DNA from: a virus
IMG/VR virus record: IMGVR_UViG_3300030104_006433
Coordinates: 1-64,000 of that record
Direction: 5' to 3' (one strand)
Length of the DNA: 64,000 bases
Part shown: positions 27,113 through 37,168 of the stretch, in pieces
Layout: each line of letters begins with the position of its first letter
How positions within the stretch are numbered: position 1 is the stretch's first letter
Program-made: the position numbers and the translations under genes
Notes under the pieces: model-generated
The model's input: only the letters and a program-made list of their open reading frames with translations
Database searches by the model: none
Told to the model about the DNA's origin: nothing

Positions 27113-27580
27113 TTGATGATTGACATTAATAAAATATTTGAAATGTTTGGTGGTGATGATAAAAACCGTTACCCAAATCCAACTGAAGAGGAAGTTCAGG
27201 GGATGTTGGGGTTCGATGAATTCAGGACTACTCCTACTTATCATTTAAAAATGTTTCAAAAAATAATTTTAAATCATGTTAATTTCCAAGAAAAACTTAT
27301 TGATTTATTTAAACAATCTGATCCTGAATTAGGGGATTTTGATGATTTAGAAGAAGCAGGACAACATATGGCTTTCTATAGAGGTTGGGAATTTTTAAAA
27401 TTAACTAACTTAGAAAAAGAAATATGGAGAGATTGTATTAGAATTCAAAATAAAAAGAAGTTTAAAAAAGCACTAGACCTAACATTAAAATTCTTTGAAG
27501 AACTAGAAGAATACGAAAAGTGTGCTTTTATCCAGAAAATTTTAACTTTCCTAGAAGATAATTTGGCCCCCAAGAAATAA
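27113..27580 (+). CDS. Hypothetical protein with C-terminal UvrB/C-like motif
   Basis: EELEEYEKCAFIQK. Confidence 0.65.
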   Translation: MMIDINKIFEMFGGDDKNRYPNPTEEEVQGMLGFDEFRTTPTYHLKMFQKIILNHVNFQEKLIDLFKQSDPELGDFDDLEEAGQHMAFYRGWEFLKLTNLEKEIWRDCIRIQNKKKFKKALDLTLKFFEELEEYEKCAFIQKILTFLEDNLAPKK

Positions 27581-27592
27581 GATGTTATATTA
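27561..27592 (+). promoter_or_regulatory. Host-sigma-type promoter, followed by a three-hairpin leader (27598-27690)
   Basis: TTTGGC...GATGTTATATTA. Confidence 0.65.
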
Positions 27593-27714
27593 TAGATACG
27601 GGTTTCAGAAAGACTAATAAACTCGAAACTATAATAAAAAGAAAAACGAGATAAGTGACTCGGTTGATATAAAGGGGGTAGGATGCCCTCACAGTTTTTA
27701 TTAAAAAATAAGAT

Positions 27715-27888
27715 ATGAGAAATAAAAAGTTAATGCAAAGACGCTTACAGACATTAGATGGAATGTTTAAGAAACTTGATATGGAAATCCATAGAGGTGG
27801 AACTAAAGAATCTATCAACTCTACTCAGAGAGATATTACTGAAATGATTCAAGATATGAAGGATATAATCGAAAGGGAAAATGATTAA
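27715..27888 (+). CDS. 57-aa helical protein (not in the ORF track)
   Basis: MRNKKLMQRRLQTLDG...; abuts the HD gene. Confidence 0.65.
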   Translation: MRNKKLMQRRLQTLDGMFKKLDMEIHRGGTKESINSTQRDITEMIQDMKDIIEREND

Positions 27889-27889
27889 T

Positions 27890-28654
27890 ATGAATTTATC
27901 AGCAGAACAAATCCAATCAAATTGGGAAAAAATGTTAGGTTATATTAACACCTACATCTCAGACCCCCGTAGAGAAAAATTAATTGAATTTTATAAAAAA
28001 CATGAAGAAGAAATCATGTTAATGCCCGCTTCTCATAAAAAAGCTTATCATAATGCGTTTCCAGGTGGTTATGTAGATCATGTCAATCGTGTAATTGAAG
28101 CCGCTTTAGAATTTAATAAAACATGGTTAATGTTTGGGGCTGAAGAAAATTATACAGTTGAAGAACTTGTATTTTCAGCTTTAAATCATGATTTAGGGAA
28201 ATTAGGAGATGAAGATAATTATGCTCATATGCCCTCTAAAGATGAATGGAGAAAAAAGAATTTAGGTGAAATGTACCAATTTAATGATGCTTTATCTTTT
28301 ATGTCAGTACCAGAACGTAGTATAAAACTTCTAGTAGATAATGATATTAAATTAACTAAAAATGAATGGTTAGCAATAAGATTACATGATGGATTATATG
28401 ATCCTGCTAATGAACCTTATTTAAAATCTTTCATGCCAGAATTAAAACCAAGGACATCTTTAATTTATATAGTACATCAAGCTGATTTAATGGCTGCTCG
28501 TATTGAATTTGAAAAAGAATGGTTACCTAAATTTGGTAAAAAAGAATCTAAAGTTAAAAACTTTAAAGTTACAAAAAATAAAACAGATCTTAAAACTAAA
28601 GCTTTAGGTACTATTAAAAGTGAAGGTTTGAAAAATATGTTAGACAGTTTATAA
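27890..28654 (+). CDS. HD-domain phosphohydrolase
   Basis: H..FPGG..DH, HDLGK, HDG, HQAD. Confidence 0.85.
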   Translation: MNLSAEQIQSNWEKMLGYINTYISDPRREKLIEFYKKHEEEIMLMPASHKKAYHNAFPGGYVDHVNRVIEAALEFNKTWLMFGAEENYTVEELVFSALNHDLGKLGDEDNYAHMPSKDEWRKKNLGEMYQFNDALSFMSVPERSIKLLVDNDIKLTKNEWLAIRLHDGLYDPANEPYLKSFMPELKPRTSLIYIVHQADLMAARIEFEKEWLPKFGKKESKVKNFKVTKNKTDLKTKALGTIKSEGLKNMLDSL

Positions 28655-28941
28655 TGGAAACTCCAATAATAATAATATTAATACTATCAATTCTGCTTGG
28701 TGTTTTTTTATTCACAACTTTCAATTTAATGAAAAAGAATGAAAAACAAGAAGATATACTAGCAGAATATTTAAATTATTTAGATCAATTATCTAGAACA
28801 ATTGAAGCATCAGATAAAAAATTAAAGGAAATAGATGAGAAAGGGACATTTAAATCTGATGACGAAGTAGGTTACTTTTTTACTTCAATAAAATCTATTC
28901 AAGATATTTTAAATGATTTTAAGTTAAAAAGAATCAAGTAA
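28654..28941 (+). CDS. Membrane-anchored hypothetical protein
   Basis: N-terminal TM segment; F.SDDEVG motif. Confidence 0.7.
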   Translation: METPIIIILILSILLGVFLFTTFNLMKKNEKQEDILAEYLNYLDQLSRTIEASDKKLKEIDEKGTFKSDDEVGYFFTSIKSIQDILNDFKLKRIK

Positions 28942-28943
28942 CC

Positions 28944-29669
28944 GTGGCTAAAAAAAGAAGACCTAAGAGTAAAAACTACTTTACTCAAGATACTGAAGAT
29001 GCTATCGTATTATATAATAATACTAAATGTACTGAGAAAAAAAGTAAAATTTATAGTGATGAAATTCACTATCCTTTTTTTAAACTAACAGAGAATATAA
29101 TCCATACTTTCAAATTTTATTATACAGAGGTAGATAAAATAGAACATCTACAGCATGAAATTATAACATTCTTATTATCTAAAATTCACCTATTTGACCC
29201 TAGTAGGGGAGCTAAAGCTTACTCTTATTTTGGTACTATAGTGAAAAGGTGGCTAATATTATATAATAATAAAAACTATAAAAAACGTATAGATAAAGCC
29301 CCAGTAGAAGATTTATATAAAGATGAAACTTATTCTTATAATATAGAGGATGATAAAGAAATTGAAAAATTATCTTATTTTATAGATAGATACATTAAAT
29401 ATGTTGAAGATAACTTTGATAAATTTTTCCCTAAAGGTAATGATGCTAAAATAGCAGATGCTATTCTTGAATTATTTAGAAAAAGGGAAAATATTGAAAT
29501 ATTTAATAAAAAAGCCCTTTATATTTACATTAGAGAAATAATGGCTACTCATAATCTAGAAGTAAAAACACCCAAAATTACTAAAATAGCAGGTAGATTA
29601 CATAATTTATTTAAAGATAATTATATTTATTTTTTAGACACGGGTTATGTAGAATTTCAAGAGGATTAA
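28944..29669 (+). CDS. Putative phage late-transcription sigma factor (T4 gp55-like)
   Basis: Basic N-terminus + NYFT; FDPSRGAKAYSYFGTIVKR resembles sigma region 2 / gp55 FDP..NPFAYFTQI; sits at the head of the structural block. Confidence 0.6.
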   Translation: MAKKRRPKSKNYFTQDTEDAIVLYNNTKCTEKKSKIYSDEIHYPFFKLTENIIHTFKFYYTEVDKIEHLQHEIITFLLSKIHLFDPSRGAKAYSYFGTIVKRWLILYNNKNYKKRIDKAPVEDLYKDETYSYNIEDDKEIEKLSYFIDRYIKYVEDNFDKFFPKGNDAKIADAILELFRKRENIEIFNKKALYIYIREIMATHNLEVKTPKITKIAGRLHNLFKDNYIYFLDTGYVEFQED

Positions 29670-29702
29670 TTTTTAATATTTATATCCGTAAATTTTATAA
29701 TT

Positions 29703-30053
29703 ATGAGTCATTTAGATAAAAAAGTATTTGGGAAAAAATCCTACTCTGATCTTTTAAAAGAGATATACGATAATCAAAAGAAGAAAGAAACACAAATTAG
29801 TGCATTAATTAACGAATTAAAACCATTAATCAGTGATATAGGTGATGCTACAATGATTGTGCCACTTATTAAAGAATACATGGAATTAGGTATTAAAAAT
29901 GATGAAGCACTTATAAAAGTAGCTACTATTTTTCAACGTATATTTGCAAACGAAGGTAATGAAGATAACGGATTTGGTATTTCTGAAGAAGAAAAAGAAC
30001 AATTACTTAAAGAAATAAATAATTTACACTTACCACCTAAAAAAGAAGAATAA
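29703..30053 (+). CDS. Conserved helical phage protein
   Basis: First gene after an ATATTTATA motif. Confidence 0.7.
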   Translation: MSHLDKKVFGKKSYSDLLKEIYDNQKKKETQISALINELKPLISDIGDATMIVPLIKEYMELGIKNDEALIKVATIFQRIFANEGNEDNGFGISEEEKEQLLKEINNLHLPPKKEE

Positions 30054-31384
30054 TGCCAGTTGATAAAAAAGGTTTTAAGAATATAATTACTTCAACACCA
30101 CAACAGGCTCAAATTATAAAAAATTTAAGCCAACTTCAATCTAATAAATCATTTAAATTAGTTGTAGGTAGAGTTAGAGATATTGTATTAAATAAAGAAC
30201 ATGCTGAATTTAAAAAAGTTGGTGAATATAATGGGTTAGGTACTATATTTTTTGAAATAGTTGGTGAAAATTCATCAACATCTAACATAGCCAAACCCCT
30301 CAATCCCTCAGATACTTTTATACCTGTTATAAATGAACTCGTTCTTTTATTTGCCGTACCTAATACTAATATGGGTAAATTTAAAAAAGCAGAATCTTAT
30401 TATTATTCCTCAACTGTTAATTTATGGAATAGTCCACACCATAATGCTTACCCTGACCCTTTAGTATTAGCTAATGAAAACATAGCAGATAATACAGCAG
30501 ATGATTATAAGAGCTCAGATGCTGGTTTAGTTAGACAAACTGAAGATGGGGCTACTGATATACCTTTAAATACAACTAATAATTTTACTCAAGTAACATT
30601 TAAAGAAAACCCAAAAATATACCCTTTAAAATTTTATAGTGGTGATGTTTTAACTCAAGGTAGATTTGGAAATAGCATTAGATTTGGAAGTACTAACCAA
30701 TACATGAAGGAAAATGAAGTAACAAAAGCTAATAATTGGTCTGATAATAAAGAAAATGGTACAACAGTTGGAGATCCTATTGTTATTATAAGAAATGGCC
30801 AAACAGAAACAAATTTACCAAAAGATACTTGGATGCCTATATCTGAAGATATTAGTAATGATAAATCATCCATATATTTAACATCTACTCAAAAAATTAA
30901 TATAGAAGTAGATCAACAATTAAAAAGGTATGAATCATACGTTTCTGATGATGATGTTCCTGATTCACCAGATACTTTTACAGGTAATCAAGTTATTTTA
31001 AATTCAGGTAGATTACTTTTTAATGCTAAAAATGACCATATTATATTAAATTCAGCTAAAACAATTAGTATAAATGCTCTTAGAGGATTTAATTTTGAAA
31101 CAGACTCCAATTGTGTTATTAAAGTAGGCACCAATATATTATTAGGAGATTCAGATGCAAAAGAACCTGTTATATTTGGTGAAAAATTTCTAAATGATTA
31201 TAATCAATTATTAGATTCTTTATCATTTTTATGTTCTCAATTACAAAACAAACAAATTTGGCCTGCTGGAGCAGCTGTTCCAGATGTTACTATTATTCCT
31301 GCTGCTGTCCAATTAGACTCAAAAGTTTCATTTATTAAAAAACAAATTGAAAATTATAAATCCAAAATAACATTTACTAAATAA
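30053..31384 (+). CDS. Baseplate hub/spike protein (gp5/VgrG-like)
   Basis: N-terminal OB-fold-like region, GRFGNSIRFGS, C-terminal beta-repeat QVILNSGRLLFNAK; context. Confidence 0.55.
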   Translation: MPVDKKGFKNIITSTPQQAQIIKNLSQLQSNKSFKLVVGRVRDIVLNKEHAEFKKVGEYNGLGTIFFEIVGENSSTSNIAKPLNPSDTFIPVINELVLLFAVPNTNMGKFKKAESYYYSSTVNLWNSPHHNAYPDPLVLANENIADNTADDYKSSDAGLVRQTEDGATDIPLNTTNNFTQVTFKENPKIYPLKFYSGDVLTQGRFGNSIRFGSTNQYMKENEVTKANNWSDNKENGTTVGDPIVIIRNGQTETNLPKDTWMPISEDISNDKSSIYLTSTQKINIEVDQQLKRYESYVSDDDVPDSPDTFTGNQVILNSGRLLFNAKNDHIILNSAKTISINALRGFNFETDSNCVIKVGTNILLGDSDAKEPVIFGEKFLNDYNQLLDSLSFLCSQLQNKQIWPAGAAVPDVTIIPAAVQLDSKVSFIKKQIENYKSKITFTK

Positions 31385-34032
31385 TGGCTAATTCAATTGA
31401 TATAGATGGAGATGGAATAGTAACTTTTCTAGAAATAAGAAAATTAGGACCTAACGGTAGAGAATTCTTCAGCTCAGGATTTAGATCAACCCCAATGTAT
31501 ACTAAATTGGGTTTCTCATCTACCCAAACAATTTTTGAGGGTGAGGATAATATAAAGATGAAAATTGCTTGGTATGAGTTTTTAAGAGATGTTAAAAAAG
31601 ACCCAAGAGTAGTAGGTACTATATTAGATCCAAAATCAATCCCAACAGCAAAAGAATATTCTGAGTTAAGACAGCAAGAACTGTTAGAGAAAAAAAAGAA
31701 ACAAGACGCGGCACAAGCAGCACAATCAACACAAACCCAATCTACAAAAGTAGCTAACGAAGATGGTACTGGATATACATACACTTTAAATTCACCCACA
31801 TCAAATGATTTAACACCACCATCTCAACCCGTAGAAGAACCAACAACTGAACCAACAACTGAAGAAAATAATCTTTCCGCAGAAGATGTTCCTCTCTTAT
31901 TAATGACTGGAATGACAACATCAATGTCTGCCCCTAAACAAGTAAAAACTTTCAAAGAAGGATATGGTAAAGATAGATTAGTTATCTCATTTGGTTATGA
32001 TTATAATAAAGGTATTGTAGAGTTAAAACAAGCTATGACCAAATACCCAGACTCTCCAGTTGTATTATATAGTGCGGGGGCTCAACATACTGAAACAGTA
32101 GCTAAAAAAATTAAAATAAAAGATAATTTATATGTTTTAGAAGGTTATAATAGTGGTCCTAGTGGAAAAACAGCAAATAAAATTAAAAGATCTATCTCTT
32201 TAGGGGTTCCATCCCAAAATATAGTGACAGGTCCTACAATGCATAGAGGTAAAGGCACATTATCTCAATTTAATATTCAAGGAGCCACAGATACTCCACA
32301 ATCACCAACCAAAACAAACCACTACAATGCGTTAATATTCTTAGGTAAAATATTAGCACAAAAATACCCACCACCAGTAATAGAAGAAGAAATTGAAGAG
32401 GATGATGTTACTTATCTTCCATCACCTAAATTTAGTATTTACACAACTAATTCAAATGTAACAGGTGAAATACGTTTTTATGCTTTGCAAGATGGATATT
32501 ATGGGGAAGCTTATTTAACAAATTTTCCAGAAGACTATGTCCAAAACTACATTTTAGGAACAGCCCCAATATCAGAACCTAACTATGAAGAACTTAAAAA
32601 GGAATCTATTTTCCAAGTTCAAGAATTTTTAGATAGTTTAAAAACTGAAGAAATGGATTTTGGTATTGTAAAGGAAGGCAAAAAACCAAAAATCATATGT
32701 TTTAAAGGTACTGTTTTAGATAAATCAACCAAAAAACCAATATCCGGAGCTACAATATTTGCAAACACAGAGGAAAAAGAATCAACAAAAACTCAAACTG
32801 ATGGCACTTTTCTATTAAATGTTGAAATAACCGAAACAGCAGAAGAATTAAATCAATTATATTCTGTAGGTCCTCCATCACAATCTGATGTTTTATCATT
32901 ACAAGACTTTATATCTAATTATACTCCCCCATTACAACTTACTGTAAGTGCTAAAGAATATTCACCTAGTGACCCTATATCAGTTATAGCTCAAGATGGA
33001 AAATACAAAACTTTAGTAGGTTTTATTCAATTAGTACCACTTGAAGAAGTCATAAAAGAAGAGGAGATGAGTCTTAAAAGTTTCACCCCACCTCAAATAA
33101 AAGAAATAACATCAGGAAATAAAAAAGATTTCATACCAGGAATATTAAAAAGAGTATTCCAATCAATACAAGATAGACTTATACCAGCCATTTTAAAAAT
33201 GATAGCAGCTTTTGGAATAGCAAAATTCAATGAAGAGGTTCTCCAAAATATAGATAAACTCCCTAAAATATGCCCTCCTGATATAGAAGCTTTAAATAAT
33301 ATTATAAAGAAGAAAAACCAATTAACAAAACAATTAAATAACCTTTATAAAAATATAAATAAAGTTAATAAAATTTTAGAAATACCACCCTTAACAATTA
33401 ATATAGCTGGTAAGGTTGTTACTGGAGTTGATATTGCTTTTAAAATCCTATCAAATATACCATCAACAGTAGGCACACCAATACCTACAGGTTCTGTTTT
33501 AATACTTAAAGATCTAATTGAAAAATTAAAAGATTTAATTGATTTTATGGGTAGTAAATTAGGATCAGGGCAAATTCAATTAAAATTAATTCTCGAAGAA
33601 TTAAAAAAAGTAATTTTATTATTAAGTATTTTAGATGCATTAATCGAAAGTTGTGCTAAACAATTAGCAGAAGATGACGGAGATGGAGATGATGGAGATT
33701 TAGGTGATGGAGATTTAGGTGATGGAAATGGTAATAATGGTAGTAATTCTGGTTTAATAAATCAAGAATCAATTTCAAATGAATTACTAACATCAACTCA
33801 AGACCAAGCTATTCAAGGATCTCGTGTAGCAAATAACGTGAATGGTTTTACCTTCTCAGTAGCTACAGTTAATAATTCTACAATTGATGGTTATACAAGA
33901 AGACAAGCTTTAGCTAGGAATGCTCAAGGGGTTATATTATTACGAGGAGAACCATCATTTTCATCAAATGACCAAATACTAATAGATGAATTAATATTTT
34001 ACATACAACAAAATGATTTAAAAGCTGAATAA
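31384..34032 (+). CDS. Large mosaic virion/baseplate-region protein
   Basis: EF-hand-like DIDGDGIVT, hydrolase-like LYSAGA, carboxypeptidase-regulatory-like domain (GTVLDKSTKKPISGATI), helical C-terminus. Confidence 0.55.
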   Translation: MANSIDIDGDGIVTFLEIRKLGPNGREFFSSGFRSTPMYTKLGFSSTQTIFEGEDNIKMKIAWYEFLRDVKKDPRVVGTILDPKSIPTAKEYSELRQQELLEKKKKQDAAQAAQSTQTQSTKVANEDGTGYTYTLNSPTSNDLTPPSQPVEEPTTEPTTEENNLSAEDVPLLLMTGMTTSMSAPKQVKTFKEGYGKDRLVISFGYDYNKGIVELKQAMTKYPDSPVVLYSAGAQHTETVAKKIKIKDNLYVLEGYNSGPSGKTANKIKRSISLGVPSQNIVTGPTMHRGKGTLSQFNIQGATDTPQSPTKTNHYNALIFLGKILAQKYPPPVIEEEIEEDDVTYLPSPKFSIYTTNSNVTGEIRFYALQDGYYGEAYLTNFPEDYVQNYILGTAPISEPNYEELKKESIFQVQEFLDSLKTEEMDFGIVKEGKKPKIICFKGTVLDKSTKKPISGATIFANTEEKESTKTQTDGTFLLNVEITETAEELNQLYSVGPPSQSDVLSLQDFISNYTPPLQLTVSAKEYSPSDPISVIAQDGKYKTLVGFIQLVPLEEVIKEEEMSLKSFTPPQIKEITSGNKKDFIPGILKRVFQSIQDRLIPAILKMIAAFGIAKFNEEVLQNIDKLPKICPPDIEALNNIIKKKNQLTKQLNNLYKNINKVNKILEIPPLTINIAGKVVTGVDIAFKILSNIPSTVGTPIPTGSVLILKDLIEKLKDLIDFMGSKLGSGQIQLKLILEELKKVILLLSILDALIESCAKQLAEDDGDGDDGDLGDGDLGDGNGNNGSNSGLINQESISNELLTSTQDQAIQGSRVANNVNGFTFSVATVNNSTIDGYTRRQALARNAQGVILLRGEPSFSSNDQILIDELIFYIQQNDLKAE

Positions 34033-34056
34033 CCCAATATTTATAAAAAACAGTAT

Positions 34057-34404
34057 ATGAAAACCCAAACATTTAAAAAGTTAATAAAAGAAGCTGTCAA
34101 AGAAGCTATACAAGAAGAATTAAAAGAAGTTTTATTAGAAGCGGTTAAAGCACCTAAAATGGCCCCAATACAACCAATTCAAGAAAATAAAACAATTACT
34201 TCAACTACACTTCCACCAGTATCACAAGTAGAACAAAGACAAAAATACCTTGATGTTATAGGAGAAACAGCTTTAAATTTAACAAGTAAAGATGCCCAAA
34301 CTTTTAATCCACGAGGTACAATAGACACTACATCACCAAATGGAAGCTTACCTACTGGAGAAGTAGGAATGGATCAAATTATGGGATTAATGACAAATAG
34401 ATAA
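34057..34404 (+). CDS. Hypothetical late protein
   Basis: MKTQTFKKLIKEAVKEAIQEELKE N-terminus. Confidence 0.7.
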   Translation: MKTQTFKKLIKEAVKEAIQEELKEVLLEAVKAPKMAPIQPIQENKTITSTTLPPVSQVEQRQKYLDVIGETALNLTSKDAQTFNPRGTIDTTSPNGSLPTGEVGMDQIMGLMTNR

Positions 34405-34811
34405 TGGCATTTGGAGCACAAAAAATATTCCCTATTGATTTTAACCAAAGCGCCGCTGTTGGGGTAGATATTCCTTTCTCAGCACCCGGGGTATTTAGAC
34501 CTAATTATACAACAAAACAAGCTACTAAAAATAATTTAATAAACTATTTCTTAACAAATCCTGGAGAAAGACCTTTAAATCCTGAATTTGGTGGTGGTTT
34601 AAGAGCTTTTATATTTGAACAAATTACAACAGGCAACTTAGATTTCTTAAAAGAAAGAATATCATCAGATTTAGAAGTATTTTTTCCTGATGTTATAATA
34701 GGTGATTTAGAAATTTTAAGTCAAGAAGATAGAAACATAATAACAGTATCATTAAAATATAATGTAATTAATACAAGCATTAATGATACTTTAGAAATAA
34801 ACTTTACATAA
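34404..34811 (+). CDS. Baseplate wedge protein, gp25/GPW family
   Basis: LTNPGERPLNPEFGGGL. Confidence 0.88.
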   Translation: MAFGAQKIFPIDFNQSAAVGVDIPFSAPGVFRPNYTTKQATKNNLINYFLTNPGERPLNPEFGGGLRAFIFEQITTGNLDFLKERISSDLEVFFPDVIIGDLEILSQEDRNIITVSLKYNVINTSINDTLEINFT

Positions 34812-36670
34812 TGGCAACTATAGATAGAGATGTAAAATATTTAAATAGAGATTTTAGTGATATTAGAGCTAAGTTAATAGAATTTTCCAAAACTTACTTC
34901 CCCAATACTTACAATGATTTTTCTCCTACATCACCGGGTATGATGTTTATGGAACAAGCTTCTTATGTTAGTGATGTTATGTCTTTTTATTTAGATAATC
35001 AAATTCAAGAAACATTTACTCAATTTACGAGACAATCAAATAATTTATATGAATTAGCTTATATGTTTGGATATAAGCCTAAAGTAACGGGAGCAGCTCA
35101 AGCAAGATTAGACTTATATCAACAAGTCCCAGCCATACTATCAGCTAGTGTATATGTCCCAGATTATAATTACGCTGTCACTATAGGTGAAAATACAACA
35201 GCTAAATCAGCTTTAAATAACGATAATACTTTTTTAATATCAGATGCTTGTGATTTTACATTTTCAAGTTCATTAGATCCTACAGGTGTATCAATATATA
35301 AAGCAGCAGGTGCTAACCCAACTTTTTTCCTATTACAAAAATCTAGAAACTCAATATCAGCTACAATAAAAGAAACCAAGTTCACATTTGGGGAACATGA
35401 AAAATTCCCAACAGTAGATTTAGAGGGTAATCAAATAATAGGAATATTAGATATTATAGATTCAGACGGAAATAAATGGTCTGAGGTAGATTATTTAGGA
35501 CAAGAAATGGTTTATAATAATATTAAAAATACAAACCCAAATGATCCAAATAATATAGTAGATGCTGGAGAAGTTCCTTTTTTATTACAATTAAAAAAAG
35601 TACAAAGACGTTTTGCTACAAGATTTACATCACCAAATACTCTTCAAATTCAATTTGGAGCCGGAAACCCAGCTGATACTGATGAATTAATAACACCAAA
35701 TCAAAATAATGTAGGTATAGGTTTACCATTTGAACAAGATAAACTTACAACAGCATATTCACCAACAAATTTTTTATTCACAAAAACTTACGGTATAGCC
35801 CCAACTGATACTACTCTAACAGTAAGATATTTAACTGGTGGTGGTGTAAGTGCTAATGTACCTGCTGGAGATTTAAAATCTCTATCAGAAAATACAATTA
35901 CATTTAATCAACCTAACTTAAATCCAACAACAGCAGATGCAATTTTTGCATCAGTAGCTGTTACAAACCCACAAGCTGCAGATGGTGGCCAGGCAGGTGA
36001 TACAAAAGAAGATATTAGACAAAATACATTAATGCAAATAGCAACTCAACAAAGAACAGTTACTTTAGATGATTATATAGCTAGAACTTTAAGTATGCCT
36101 TCTAAATTTGGAACTATATCTAAAGTATATATTGAAAAACCACAATTAACGGATAGTCAAGTTTCTACAATTGAAACTTTAAATTTATTCGCATTATCAA
36201 AAAATAGTAGAGGATATTTAACAACACCAACTACAGCATTAAAAAATAACATTAGAACTTATTTATCACAATATAGAATGATTGGTGATAATATTGAAAT
36301 AAGGGATGGTTTTATTATTAATATAGCCATAGATTTTGAAATTATAGTTTTACCTAATTTTAATAATAGTGATGTTATATTAAAATGTATTGACTCATTA
36401 AAAGAATTTTTTAATATAGAAAATTGGCAAATGAATCAACCTATTTTATTAAGAGATTTATATGTAAGATTAGATAAAGTTAGTGGGGTCCAAACAGTTA
36501 AAAATATTATTATTACAAATAAAGCAGGAACAACTCAAGGATATTCTCCGTATGCTTATGATATTTCATCTGCTACAACAAATTTAGTTATATACCCAAG
36601 TTTAGATCCTTGTATTTTTGAAGTTAAATACCCTAATAGAGATATTAAAGGTAGAGTAGTACCATTATAA
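34811..36670 (+). CDS. Baseplate wedge subunit (T4 gp6 / baseplate J-like)
   Basis: YLNRDF...YFP.TYNDF, FGYKP, GG...E.IR, QQRTVTLDDY; follows gp25. Confidence 0.85.
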   Translation: MATIDRDVKYLNRDFSDIRAKLIEFSKTYFPNTYNDFSPTSPGMMFMEQASYVSDVMSFYLDNQIQETFTQFTRQSNNLYELAYMFGYKPKVTGAAQARLDLYQQVPAILSASVYVPDYNYAVTIGENTTAKSALNNDNTFLISDACDFTFSSSLDPTGVSIYKAAGANPTFFLLQKSRNSISATIKETKFTFGEHEKFPTVDLEGNQIIGILDIIDSDGNKWSEVDYLGQEMVYNNIKNTNPNDPNNIVDAGEVPFLLQLKKVQRRFATRFTSPNTLQIQFGAGNPADTDELITPNQNNVGIGLPFEQDKLTTAYSPTNFLFTKTYGIAPTDTTLTVRYLTGGGVSANVPAGDLKSLSENTITFNQPNLNPTTADAIFASVAVTNPQAADGGQAGDTKEDIRQNTLMQIATQQRTVTLDDYIARTLSMPSKFGTISKVYIEKPQLTDSQVSTIETLNLFALSKNSRGYLTTPTTALKNNIRTYLSQYRMIGDNIEIRDGFIINIAIDFEIIVLPNFNNSDVILKCIDSLKEFFNIENWQMNQPILLRDLYVRLDKVSGVQTVKNIIITNKAGTTQGYSPYAYDISSATTNLVIYPSLDPCIFEVKYPNRDIKGRVVPL

Positions 36671-36680
36671 AATTTAAATT

Positions 36681-37166
36681 ATGCCATTATCAACAGTATT
36701 TTTAAGTCAATCATTAGGGAGAACTAATCTAGATGTTAGTAACCCTCAACCTTCAGGAGGTCCAAATAATTTTCCTAATTATAATCACCAACATACTTAT
36801 TCACCAACTAATACCTACCTAAATTCAAGTACCCCAGGAGGTAATGGATCAGGAAACATTAGTTTACAATCAAGTGTTAATAGTGATTTCGGAATAAGTA
36901 ACATTACATTAAAACCTAATAATGTCTTTAAAGACGGAACTAATTTAGATTTAGAAAACCCGGATCCACTAGGAGGACCAAACAGACATAGTGCTGGGGC
37001 TTCAAATATCCCATCAGGGTTTTACCAGACAACAACAACTCAAGGCCCATTAATGAGTCTTTCAGGTAGTATTATAAATAATATGTTACATCAATTTACA
37101 CCCAATGGTACTAAATATGAAGATTCATTCACACCAGATCAATTACCAGACAATTCAACATTTTAA
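36681..37166 (+). CDS. Hypothetical structural protein with internal duplication
   Basis: TNLDVSNPQPSGGPN / TNLDLENPDPLGGPN. Confidence 0.6.
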   Translation: MPLSTVFLSQSLGRTNLDVSNPQPSGGPNNFPNYNHQHTYSPTNTYLNSSTPGGNGSGNISLQSSVNSDFGISNITLKPNNVFKDGTNLDLENPDPLGGPNRHSAGASNIPSGFYQTTTTQGPLMSLSGSIINNMLHQFTPNGTKYEDSFTPDQLPDNSTF

Positions 37167-37168
37167 TC

